A stretch of 64,000 nt of DNA from Candidatus Bathyarchaeia archaeon (GTDB taxonomy: Archaea; Thermoproteota; Bathyarchaeia; Bathyarchaeales; Bathycorpusculaceae): positions 2,524 through 66,523 of the forward strand of contig JAWBOH010000001.1 in NCBI GenBank assembly GCA_038826715.1. Direction: 5' to 3'. The translations under genes were made by a program, and so were the position numbers. Position 1 is the stretch's first letter. Every line of letters starts with the position of its first letter. Under the pieces are notes generated by a model, which saw only the letters and a list, made by a program, of their open reading frames with translations, was not told where the DNA came from and made no database searches. Of this stretch, positions 10,425 to 18,878 are shown piece by piece.

Positions 10425-11194
10425 CAGCGGCTTCAAAAGTTCACAGCCAAAACCATCTAAGAATTGTTGAAGATTACTTGAAATCCTCACTTAAAGGCTT
10501 AAAGATAAAGATAGAAAACGTTAAAGCAGCAGCCAACAATTGGGTTCAAATAACCTTCTCAGGAGAGGATGAAAAAGCAGCTATAAGCTACTTAGAAAAG
10601 GAATTAGGCTTGTGCCCAACACACCTTGAACATTTAAAAAAGTTCTCAACCGTAAGGGGATACATAACAAGTTTAAGCGAAAGCAGAGAAGAAATACGCC
10701 TAGATATCGGTTTGACGTGTCCTACGACGTACGTGAAAATTCCCCTACAGCGCCTCCAAGCCCAACTTGCTGATGGAAGAAAAATCACGCTCAACAAACT
10801 TATCAAACTTTATGGCTTTTCAGAACACATGCCCATCAAACTGAATATAACTAGCATGAACGAAAACTGCATCGAAGCAGAAATAACCGAAGCTCAATTA
10901 AAAATGTATAGGAAATGGGTAAAATCCCTACTTGACAGGCTAATAGTTTTAGGCGCATCCCAACAAGAAATAAATAAAGCCTTAAAAGAAGCTAAATGCC
11001 TAACCGACGTCATTAAAATTGAACCCTTAGGACTTTTCGAACATGCCGTTACATGCAAACTTGGAACAGACGCGGTTGGGCTAATACCAAAAATAGGTAA
11101 AAACTTGCCAAATAAGCTTCTCGCAGCTTTCCAGCCTAAAATAATACTTGAGTTTTTCGGAGACTACCCCACTTCACCTTTTATCTTACCATAG
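10406..11194 (+). CDS. Conserved archaeal hypothetical protein (third gene of the tfe-HD operon)
   Basis: 262-aa ORF overlapping the HD gene stop. Alternative ATG at 10412. I cannot assign a motif with confidence. Confidence 0.55.
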   Translation: MRMPTVTAASKVHSQNHLRIVEDYLKSSLKGLKIKIENVKAAANNWVQITFSGEDEKAAISYLEKELGLCPTHLEHLKKFSTVRGYITSLSESREEIRLDIGLTCPTTYVKIPLQRLQAQLADGRKITLNKLIKLYGFSEHMPIKLNITSMNENCIEAEITEAQLKMYRKWVKSLLDRLIVLGASQQEINKALKEAKCLTDVIKIEPLGLFEHAVTCKLGTDAVGLIPKIGKNLPNKLLAAFQPKIILEFFGDYPTSPFILP

Positions 11195-11370
11195 GCAATA
11201 AGCCATGTTTAAAACCTGAGTTTCAAGAAAGACCTAACTATACGTTTTCTAATTATGGAGCATCCTCTAGGATCTGAACCTCTAGTTTTTCCTTCTTTTC
11301 ATTTATGGTATTTGGCATGTCAAGCTGTTTAGGAAATGTAGGTGAAAAGTACCTGTTCCTGTCAAAATTA

Positions 11371-11470
11371 TGGTGCGGCCGCCGGGATTCGAACCCGGGA
11401 TCGCAGGCTTGGAAGGCGTCCACACGCCGTTGTTGGCGCCTGTGTCCTTACCAGACTAGACGACGGCCGC
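11371..11470 (-). tRNA. tRNA-Gly(UCC) with a 22-nt non-canonical intron and genomically encoded CCA
   Basis: Hand-folded cloverleaf. Acceptor GCGGCCG/CGGCCGC, D stem GTCT/GGAC, anticodon stem CAGGC/GCCTG, loop CTTCCAA, variable CGATC, T arm CCGGG-TTCGAAT-CCCGG, discriminator A, CCA. The fold requires removing 11416-11437. Confidence 0.85.
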
Positions 11471-11524
11471 AATTTCGCACTTTGTTTTACAACATTAGTC
11501 TATAACAGGGATAGATAATTTCTC

Positions 11525-12178
11525 TTATTCGTTTTTCGGTTTAAACACTCTTTTTTCATGTGTTGGTTTCGGTTTGAAGTTTCCGCGAAGTTTGGGCTTA
11601 GCTGTTCGATTTCTTTCTATGTTTTTTATTCTAGCGTAAAGTTTTGCCATTTTCGTTTTTGACGTTTTCCGTTTGGTCAATATTCTGGAAGGTGGAGGTG
11701 TGAAAGGTTTATGGAGAAGATTTTCCCTTTCTAAGCTTGTTTTTTGCAGTTTTCTTACTTTTTTAAAGATTATGTAAGCCTTTTCCAGGTTTACTTCTTG
11801 AACTTTCCATCCTGCGTCAAGCCACGATTTTGAATGGGTGCGGCTGGGCGAATTTTCCCACCATTTTTCTGAACGGTAAGCGCTTATTGGAAGATTGTCC
11901 CTGATTATTCCATCTATCTGTGCTAGGGAGAGCCTAACAGTGTCCGTGAAGGCTGATCTAAACTTTAGATGACGTGTCAACGCTTCATATTTGGCTTTGT
12001 GTTTTGAAGAAACTGTTTTTCTTGCACAGTTTAGGCAAAGCAGCCGGCTGGTGTCGCTTGTTGAAACATCTGGGACCATGCAGTCTACACAGAAAAGTTT
12101 ACCGCATCGCCTACACTTTCTAAGATAGTTGTATGGAAGGACTCTTCTGCAAAGTTTGCATTCATCTTTGAAGGTCAT
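11525..12178 (-). CDS. Zinc-finger protein with a basic C-terminal tail, function unknown
   Basis: 217 aa. N-terminal multi-Cys module (CKLCRR...CRRCGKLFCVDC...CLNCARK), a central conserved-looking segment (LSLAQIDGII..LP.SAY....WW.N....H...W..AGW.V), and a Lys/Arg-rich tail of about 60 aa. Confidence 0.6.
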   Translation of the reverse strand: MTFKDECKLCRRVLPYNYLRKCRRCGKLFCVDCMVPDVSTSDTSRLLCLNCARKTVSSKHKAKYEALTRHLKFRSAFTDTVRLSLAQIDGIIRDNLPISAYRSEKWWENSPSRTHSKSWLDAGWKVQEVNLEKAYIIFKKVRKLQKTSLERENLLHKPFTPPPSRILTKRKTSKTKMAKLYARIKNIERNRTAKPKLRGNFKPKPTHEKRVFKPKNE

Positions 12179-12512
12179 CTGAACCCTCGAATAGCTTGGA
12201 ACATTTTTAGTTACACGTTGTATATGTATAGCTGTTTCTAAAACTTCCCCTAATGAATGAGGTTTGTTATGCTAGGAAATGGGGAATTGCAGTGTTTGCT
12301 TAGGCAAATATAGAAAAAACAGGTTGGGAATTCATGAGATGGAACCATTGCGATAGCCTCCATCAAAGTTTTGGAGAGGATTACACTGAAAATGTGAGTT
12401 ATTCACGTGACGAGGCTTCATTCATAGACTGATTTATGAGGAATAATTAATCTCGCAACTTCATGTATTCGAGGCTGTGCATGGAAGGTGCCAGTAGATA
12501 CTTGAATAAGGG

Positions 12513-13766
12513 TTATTTCCAAATTTCAAGAGCCGTTTGCAGTTCTTTGCGGTTTTTTGCATATTCTTTCAGTGGTATGCCTTTTAAGCAAGCTTCGATT
12601 GCTTGACGCATTGCCATGGCTCCAGCCAAAGTGCCTCCTCTATGGCCGTGGATGCCTCCGCCAGCTTGAATTACAACGTCTTTGCCGAAGAATTTGATCA
12701 GGCTTGGGACTAATGCTGGGTGAAGCCCTCCAGAAGCAACGGGTAAAACCTTTTTTAAGCCATTCATCTCCATTGTTAATGCTTTGCAGTTTTCCTCCAC
12801 TTCCTTGCTTGTTTCAAACATTTTTCCAACATTTGTTCCTACGTGAAGCTGATCTACTCCTAATATTCTGGATATTTTGGCTATAACCTTCATTGAAACT
12901 CCGTGTAAAGGATTTTTGGTGACTGCTGCATGTCCAGCTCTGTGAGCGTGAATTACAAGAGGCAGCTCTGAATTTCTTAAGGTCTGTAGAGCTGAGAAGC
13001 CGCAGGTTAGAATGTCCACCATAATGTATTCTCCACCATGGTCAACTACGTATTCGGCTCTTCGAAGCATTTCTGATGTTTCAGCCGTTACATTAACCAT
13101 GTAAATCTTTCTTTCTCCAGTTTCGCTTTCAGCTTTATCCCTAACCTCCAAAGTTTTAACCAGTCTATCCTCAAATGGATTGAATTTTTGGCTACCGAGA
13201 TTCTCATCGTCTTTCACTATGTCGCATCCGCCAACCCAAGCTTCGTAAGCTACTTGCGCATGATCAGCTGTCTTCAATCCTAGCTTAGGCTTGATTATGG
13301 TTCCTACAAGGGGCCTATCATAGATTCGTAGAAGCCGGCGTATCCCGTCAATCCCGTATTTTGGCCCTTTGAAACTTTTTAAAAGTTCTGATGGAAAATC
13401 CAAGTCTAATAGCCGAATGTTTTTTAGAGCTTTAAGTCCGAAAATGTTTCCAGCCAAACTGCTTAGAATGTTCGGCATGTTTCCAAATTCAAAAAGCTCA
13501 ATTGGATATGCTATTTTCACAATGTTGCCTTCAATGTTGAAAACTCGGGCAGTAAGCTGCTGAACATAGGCTTTTTCAGTTGCAACTTCAGTCCAGGTGC
13601 CCACTGAGCTTTCAGCGGCAACCCCTCCTGCCGCCTCTTCAAGGCTTATACCTTCAGGTTCAATGTAAAACTTGCAGATTAAGTCTGTTTCTTTAGGCGT
13701 ATACTCCAAGTTTAAGAAGTCTATGTATCGCAATGTGTAAACCTCATGCCTTATATTTTGCTTCAT
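12513..13766 (-). CDS. rbcL: Ribulose-1,5-bisphosphate carboxylase/oxygenase large subunit, form III
   Basis: 417 aa. Motifs GGCDIVKDDENL, IHAHRAGHAA, PVASGGLHP, QAGGGIHGH. No small subunit present, and it pairs with AMP phosphorylase. Confidence 0.9.
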   Translation of the reverse strand: MKQNIRHEVYTLRYIDFLNLEYTPKETDLICKFYIEPEGISLEEAAGGVAAESSVGTWTEVATEKAYVQQLTARVFNIEGNIVKIAYPIELFEFGNMPNILSSLAGNIFGLKALKNIRLLDLDFPSELLKSFKGPKYGIDGIRRLLRIYDRPLVGTIIKPKLGLKTADHAQVAYEAWVGGCDIVKDDENLGSQKFNPFEDRLVKTLEVRDKAESETGERKIYMVNVTAETSEMLRRAEYVVDHGGEYIMVDILTCGFSALQTLRNSELPLVIHAHRAGHAAVTKNPLHGVSMKVIAKISRILGVDQLHVGTNVGKMFETSKEVEENCKALTMEMNGLKKVLPVASGGLHPALVPSLIKFFGKDVVIQAGGGIHGHRGGTLAGAMAMRQAIEACLKGIPLKEYAKNRKELQTALEIWK

Positions 13767-13815
13767 TGTTTAAAACCTTTAACCAGTCGTTTACAGATTA
13801 TTGAAGAGTGGTTAG
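13767..13815. promoter_or_regulatory. 49-bp divergent control region between rbcL and the AMP phosphorylase gene
   Basis: Only 49 nt separate the two start codons. It contains TTTAAAA (13769-13775) and ATTATT (13796-13801), which could act as TATA elements for opposite directions. Confidence 0.35.
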
Positions 13816-15360
13816 ATGAAGCTTGAAGCGAAACTTCTGGATATGCAGGCAGGCGGAAAACGCATAGTTGTACTCGGCGAGGAAACTGCTGGAACATTAG
13901 GCGTCCACTCTTCTGATAGGCTGCGAATAGTTTATGGAGAAAGGCAGACGGTTGCCATAGTTAATATAGCAAAAGAGTTCCCAGCTTTGCAGTTAGGATT
14001 CTACGCTGAAATTGCAAAATTGCTGGGAGTAAGAGACGGTGAGATTGTTGAAGCGCATTATGCACATACTCCAGAGTCCCTTTGCCACGTTCAGGCAAAG
14101 ATTCGCGGCGAAATTCTTCAGGAAAGCCAAATTAAAGCCATAGTTAAAGACGTTGTTGAGGGACACTTAAGCGATGCTGAAATTGCCAGCTTTGTTACAG
14201 CGCTTCATATCCGTGGGTTAAGCATGGCCGAGGTTGAAGCCTTATCTAGGGCTATGGTGGAAACAGGTCGAACCTTAAACCTTGAAAGAAAGCCTATACT
14301 TGACAAGCATAGCGTGGGAGGAATACCTGGAGACAAAACTACAATTCTAGTAGTGCCCATAATCGCTTCAGCCGGCTTTACAATTCCTAAAACCTCATCC
14401 AGGGCGGTTACCTCTCCGGCTGGAACCGCTGACAGAGTTGAAACGCTGTGCCCAGTGAACTTAACCATAGAGGAAATCAGAGAGGTTGTGCAAAAGGCGA
14501 ACGGCTGCATGGCTTGGGGCGGCGCCCTTGAACTTGCACCTGCAGACGACATCTTCATCCAAGTTGAATACAGTTTAGGCATAGACCCGCTTCTACTGCC
14601 ATCTATCATGAGTAAGAAAAAAGCCATAGGAGCAACTCATATAGTTATAGACTTGCCTACGGGTAGAGGTGCGAAAATGAAAACGATTGGAGAAGCCCAC
14701 TCCATTGCCAACAGCTTCATCGCGCTTGGAAAAAACCTAGGCATGAACGTTAGATGTGCAGTGACCTTCGGCGAACAGCCATTAGGATACGCTGTGGGTC
14801 CAGGGCTTGAGGCTAAGGAAGCCTTGGAAACATTAATGGGAAAAGGCCCAGCAGACCTCAAAGAAAAAGCAACAGAAATCGCTGGAATGCTCTTTGAAAC
14901 CGTAGGAATCAGCAATGGAAAGCAAACTGCAGAAACGCTTTTAAAAACAGGGAAGGCGGAGCATAAACTGCGAGAAATAATTGAGGCTCAAGGCGGCGAC
15001 CCTGAAATCCGCCCTGAAGACATAAAAATAGGAGAAAAAACAGCGCAGTTGATTTCTGATAGGGAAGGGCAAGTTCTCTGGATAAGTAATCAAGGCGTAG
15101 CCCAAGTGGCTAGAGAGGCTGGTGCTCCTAAAGAAAAAGGAGCAGGAGTCATGCTGAAAGTGAAACTTGGAGATCTTGTTAAGAAGGACGACGTGATAAT
15201 GGCGATATACGCTGAGAGGAACACTAAGCTTGAAGCTGCAGAAAAGCTGGCAAGAAACGTGCCTTTGATAGGCGTAGGCAGAAGCTGGGAAGAACAGATG
15301 CTGATAGACCAGATTCCTGCGAAAACTGTGCATCCAAGAGTCTTCACAATAGAAAGGTGA
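13816..15360 (+). CDS. deoA: AMP phosphorylase (thymidine-phosphorylase family, archaeal long form)
   Basis: 514 aa. Extra N-terminal domain, then the glycosyltransferase family 3 core (DKHSVGGIPGDKTT, TSSRAVTSPAGTADR) and a C-terminal alpha/beta domain. Confidence 0.85.
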   Translation: MKLEAKLLDMQAGGKRIVVLGEETAGTLGVHSSDRLRIVYGERQTVAIVNIAKEFPALQLGFYAEIAKLLGVRDGEIVEAHYAHTPESLCHVQAKIRGEILQESQIKAIVKDVVEGHLSDAEIASFVTALHIRGLSMAEVEALSRAMVETGRTLNLERKPILDKHSVGGIPGDKTTILVVPIIASAGFTIPKTSSRAVTSPAGTADRVETLCPVNLTIEEIREVVQKANGCMAWGGALELAPADDIFIQVEYSLGIDPLLLPSIMSKKKAIGATHIVIDLPTGRGAKMKTIGEAHSIANSFIALGKNLGMNVRCAVTFGEQPLGYAVGPGLEAKEALETLMGKGPADLKEKATEIAGMLFETVGISNGKQTAETLLKTGKAEHKLREIIEAQGGDPEIRPEDIKIGEKTAQLISDREGQVLWISNQGVAQVAREAGAPKEKGAGVMLKVKLGDLVKKDDVIMAIYAERNTKLEAAEKLARNVPLIGVGRSWEEQMLIDQIPAKTVHPRVFTIER

Positions 15361-15367
15361 TTGAAGT

Positions 15368-16858
15368 TTAGCCCTTCACAACGGCTATAGGCATTAGCCT
15401 TGCAACTTTTGTAGCTATACCCACTTTATGGCTTACATCGGCAACTAAATCCACATTTTTATAAGCAGGGTCAGCTTCCTCAGCTAGAACAACAGCGCTT
15501 GCAGCCCTGACAATTATGCCTCGCTGTTCTAGGCTTTTTCTAACGTCTCCTCCGAAGAACCTGCGTTTGGCAGCTGTGCGGCTAAGCGTTCTTCCAGCTC
15601 CGTGGGCCGTTGAGCCGAAACTTATTTCCATGGCTTTCCCAGTGCCGACTAGAATCCAGGAGCTGGTTCCCATGCTTCCAGGAATTATAACTGGTTGTCC
15701 AACGCTTCGATAGTCTGCTGGAATTTCAGTGTGCCCCTGGGGGAAGGCTCTCGTTGCGCCTTTTCTGTGTACCCATACTTTTTTAGTGTCCCCGTTAACT
15801 CTGTGAGTTTCGATTTTCGCAATATTGTGGGCTACGTCGTAGACGAGGCTTAACCCGAACTTTTCAGGGTCCTGTTTGAACACATGCTGGAAACTTTGCC
15901 TAACCCAGTGGGTTATGGCTTGGCGGTTCGCAAAAGCATAGTTAACAGCGCAAGCCATGGCATCGTAATAATCTTCAGCTTCGTTGCTGTTTCCTGGAGC
16001 GCATGCAAGCTCTCTGTCGGGCAAGGCAATTTTATATTTGTGGACAGCCTTTTCCATAACCCGTAAATAATCCGAGCAGATTTGGTGGCCGTATCCTCTG
16101 GAGCCGCAGTGAATCATAATGGTTACTTGCTCTTCATGTTTTATCCCAAAGGCTTCTGCTGTTTTCTCATCGTAGATTTTGTCAACTTTCTGGATTTCAA
16201 GGAAATGGTTTCCGGAGCCTAATGTTCCTATCTGGGTTAACCCGCGGTTTTTGGCATTTGCCGAAACCTTATCCGGGTCAGCGTTTTTCATGCATCCCTG
16301 TTCCTCGCAGTGTTCGGCATCCTCATCCCATCCTAGCCCTTGGTCTATGACCTGTTGGACGCCTTCCATTGTAAGTCTGTCTAAGTCGTGTATTGTCACT
16401 TTAAAGTCTTTTCTGCGGCTTCCCAAACCGCATGGGACATTCCCAAATATTGCATCTGCCAGTTGAGCAAGCTTCGGTCTAATATCTTGCTCTGAAAGGT
16501 TTGTTGTTAAAAGGCGGACACCGCAGTTTATGTCGTAACCAACTCCGCCTGGGCTTATCACGCCTTCCTCAATGTCTGTTGCCGCCACGCCTCCTATTGG
16601 AAAGCCATAGCCTTCATGACCGTCTGGCAACGTTATAGAATGCTTGTATATGCCTGGCAGGTGAGCAACATTTGCGCATTGTTCAAGAGTTCTGTCTCTC
16701 TGCATTTTTTCCAAAAGTTCCCTGTTAGCGAAAACAATGCCTGGAACCCTCATTCCAGGCTTATACTGCGGAATGCGCCAAGTGTAATCGTTCACCTTTT
16801 CTAAAGGAACCTTTTCGGAGGGCGGACGCCCTTCTCCTTCTTCGCCCATAATTTTCAC
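15368..16858 (-). CDS. rtcB: RNA-splicing ligase RtcB
   Basis: 496 aa. Motifs GYDINCG, GSGNHFLE, HCGSRGYGH, STAHGAGR. No intein. Confidence 0.95.
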   Translation of the reverse strand: MKIMGEEGEGRPPSEKVPLEKVNDYTWRIPQYKPGMRVPGIVFANRELLEKMQRDRTLEQCANVAHLPGIYKHSITLPDGHEGYGFPIGGVAATDIEEGVISPGGVGYDINCGVRLLTTNLSEQDIRPKLAQLADAIFGNVPCGLGSRRKDFKVTIHDLDRLTMEGVQQVIDQGLGWDEDAEHCEEQGCMKNADPDKVSANAKNRGLTQIGTLGSGNHFLEIQKVDKIYDEKTAEAFGIKHEEQVTIMIHCGSRGYGHQICSDYLRVMEKAVHKYKIALPDRELACAPGNSNEAEDYYDAMACAVNYAFANRQAITHWVRQSFQHVFKQDPEKFGLSLVYDVAHNIAKIETHRVNGDTKKVWVHRKGATRAFPQGHTEIPADYRSVGQPVIIPGSMGTSSWILVGTGKAMEISFGSTAHGAGRTLSRTAAKRRFFGGDVRKSLEQRGIIVRAASAVVLAEEADPAYKNVDLVADVSHKVGIATKVARLMPIAVVKG

Positions 16859-17039
16859 CTAAACCCTTTAGAAACGAAATGTGCAATATAAACAATTTCG
16901 GAGCACTGATAATTTTACGCGGGGGTCGAAGTTTATTACGTAGTCAAACACTCCATCTATGCTTTCTCAGGTACTGCTTGACTGAAAAATCTGTGTGCTT
17001 TAATGTTTTTACTGATTTCTAATTGGTGTATTGCCTTCG

Positions 17040-17455
17040 ACAATCTGCCTCACCGTTTCTAAGTCTCCTCCATTTTCCAAGGTTTTTATGTTTACCCAGG
17101 TCTAAGCTGTTCAGCATTATGATTGAAGCGTTCCGAAGGCGTTGTCGTCCTTGCCGAAATTTGTATAATATGACGTTGAAGGCTTGAATCGCAATATTTT
17201 TCTAAGGAAGTTAAGGCAGCGATAAACGTGAGGGCGGGGGGGGCGTTGTGTTAGAAAAACAAAGTTAAATTCCTTTAAGCATGCTTAATTTCTTAAGATG
17301 TGAATAAGTTTATAGACTGAGGATGCTGGACCTGTTTCGACTATAATTATAGTCTTACCCATTAAGACATAGCTGACTTCAACGCCATGAAATTTGTTTG
17401 CTTCAAAATCAATCATGTAAATGTTTTCTTCATTTTTTGTCCTCAAAAATGTCAT
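17040..17455 (-). pseudogene. Decayed metallo-beta-lactamase-fold gene remnant
   Basis: A 56-aa ORF (17455-17285) reads MTFLRTKNEENIYMIDFEANKFHGVEVSYVLMGKTIIIVETGPASSVYKLIHILRN, which resembles an MBL N-terminus. After an in-frame TAA the same frame continues ACLKEFNFVFLTQRPPRPH. The HxHxDH motif would be expected there and is instead replaced across a C8 run. Confidence 0.35.
17236..17243. repeat. G8/C8 homopolymer inside the putative pseudogene
   Basis: Counted directly: agggc-gggggggg-cg. Confidence 0.9.
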
Positions 17456-17694
17456 TCATTCTTTTTAAGGTAAAGTTCTTAGGGTTTCACTAACCGCATA
17501 AGCATTTTGTGTGCATTTCTTAAAAGCGGACAGCTTGAAACCTGTCGTTAAGCCTTGATCATGCAATCTATGCTTGTAGAGAGTTATGAGGGCTACGCTG
17601 AGGGTTAATCGATTTAAATTTCGACTAAAAGGTTTTAAGCTAAGTAACGCTTAAAACAAACTTTACAAAGTTAAGCTCAAGCTTGGAGGTGTTG

Positions 17695-18354
17695 ATGATG
17701 GTTAACCTTATAATCTTCGGCGCACCCGGCTCAGGCAAAGGGACATATGCTTCACGGCTTAAGGGAAAAATCAATGTGGAGATTATTGCAACAGGTGATA
17801 TTTTCAGAGAAATGATGACTGAAGATACACCTCTTGGGGTTAAGGTCAGGAGATATGTGGAAAAAGGCTTACTTGTTCCAGACGATATAACATTAAAAGT
17901 TCTCAAACAGAAGATGGCTAAAATCTCCAAAGGCAAAGGCTTTGTTCTCGACGGCTATCCGAGGACTATTAAGCAGGCTAAAGCTTTAGAGAGAATTGCA
18001 AAAATAGACGCTGTAATCCATCTTATAGTGCCAGACTGGATAATTATTGAACGCTTGTCTTCTCGGAGGATATGTCAAAATTGCGGAGAAATTTACAACT
18101 TGCTTTATCTTAAGCCGAAAAACAACATGAGATGTGACAAGTGCGGCGGAAACTTGTATCAACGCTTAGACGACACGCCAGAAGTTATCAGAAAGCGCAT
18201 AGAAGTCTATGAGAAGCAAACCCAGCCCCTTCTGCAATATTATAAGGCGCGAGAAGTTCCCTTAGTTGAGGCTAAATGTGACAAGCTTGAAATGCCTCCG
18301 GAGGTTATGGTTGAAGAGATATTGAAGAGTTTGAAGAGCCTAAATCTTGTTTAA
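17695..18354 (+). CDS. adk: Adenylate kinase (long, zinc-LID type)
   Basis: P-loop GAPGSGKGT and LID with CQNCG...CDKCGG. The ORF is open from TTG 17683, but that codon lies inside the SD GGAGGTG (17685-17691), which favours ATG 17695 or 17698. Confidence 0.9.
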   Translation: MMVNLIIFGAPGSGKGTYASRLKGKINVEIIATGDIFREMMTEDTPLGVKVRRYVEKGLLVPDDITLKVLKQKMAKISKGKGFVLDGYPRTIKQAKALERIAKIDAVIHLIVPDWIIIERLSSRRICQNCGEIYNLLYLKPKNNMRCDKCGGNLYQRLDDTPEVIRKRIEVYEKQTQPLLQYYKAREVPLVEAKCDKLEMPPEVMVEEILKSLKSLNLV

Positions 18355-18788
18355 ATGTCGAGGACAAACTTAACAGTGGTCTTTCTCTTGCTTTTTATTA
18401 TCTCCATCTGGTGATATGTAACTGCCTTAACGCCGACCTTCTGCAAATGTTTTTCAGAGTTAAACTTTTCACCCCAACACTTCGCCTTTAGCCTAAACCC
18501 ATCTGCAGTTTTGTCTAACTCAGATATTTCAAATTTTGAGTAAAGCATTTCGTTGATTTCCGATTTAACCAGGAGCGCTTCAAGCCAGTTGTACAGAAGA
18601 GCGTATTCGTCTTCTGCTGAAGCTTCAACGTAATCCTCAATTTCAGGTTTTACTTTTTGAATGTCTGTTATAACTTCGAACATTGCGGCTGCAGCATTTT
18701 CGAAAGCTTCAGCTAAGTCCTTTCCGTAAGCAGCTATGTAAGCGTCAGCCGTATGCTCGAGAAACTTGAATTTTCTTTTTCTAACCAT
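18351..18788 (-). CDS. Archease (RtcB activator)
   Basis: 145 aa. N-terminal FLEHTADAYIAAYG signature and a C-terminal beta strand region typical of archease. Confidence 0.85.
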   Translation of the reverse strand: MVRKRKFKFLEHTADAYIAAYGKDLAEAFENAAAAMFEVITDIQKVKPEIEDYVEASAEDEYALLYNWLEALLVKSEINEMLYSKFEISELDKTADGFRLKAKCWGEKFNSEKHLQKVGVKAVTYHQMEIIKSKRKTTVKFVLDI

Positions 18789-18878
18789 GGCCTCAGCTGA
18801 GTACTACTAGAAAACTTCGCTTCTCTAAACCATTTCGCTTCATATACGCTAGTGTGCAGGTCTAATTCTGGCCACGTT

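Noticed and set aside
11305-11505. 66-aa ORF on the plus strand.
   Set aside because: It is the reverse complement of the tRNA-Gly gene and its flanks (Arg/Cys/Pro-rich translation). It is an artefact of the structured RNA sequence.
11195-12512. Possible integrated element at the tRNA-Gly locus, given the orphan zinc-finger gene and 334 nt of non-coding DNA.
   Set aside because: There is no integrase, recombinase or transposase. I could see no direct repeat of the tRNA 3' half, and only one unusual gene. That is not enough to call a mobile element.
12179-12512. 334-nt ORF-free stretch downstream of rbcL, checked for C/D-box sRNA or another ncRNA.
   Set aside because: Only near-miss box sequences are present (GTGACGA ... 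CTGA ... TTATGA) with no terminal D box at the right spacing. Hairpins are short (6 bp with a 30-nt loop). I cannot support an RNA gene without a covariance search or expression data.
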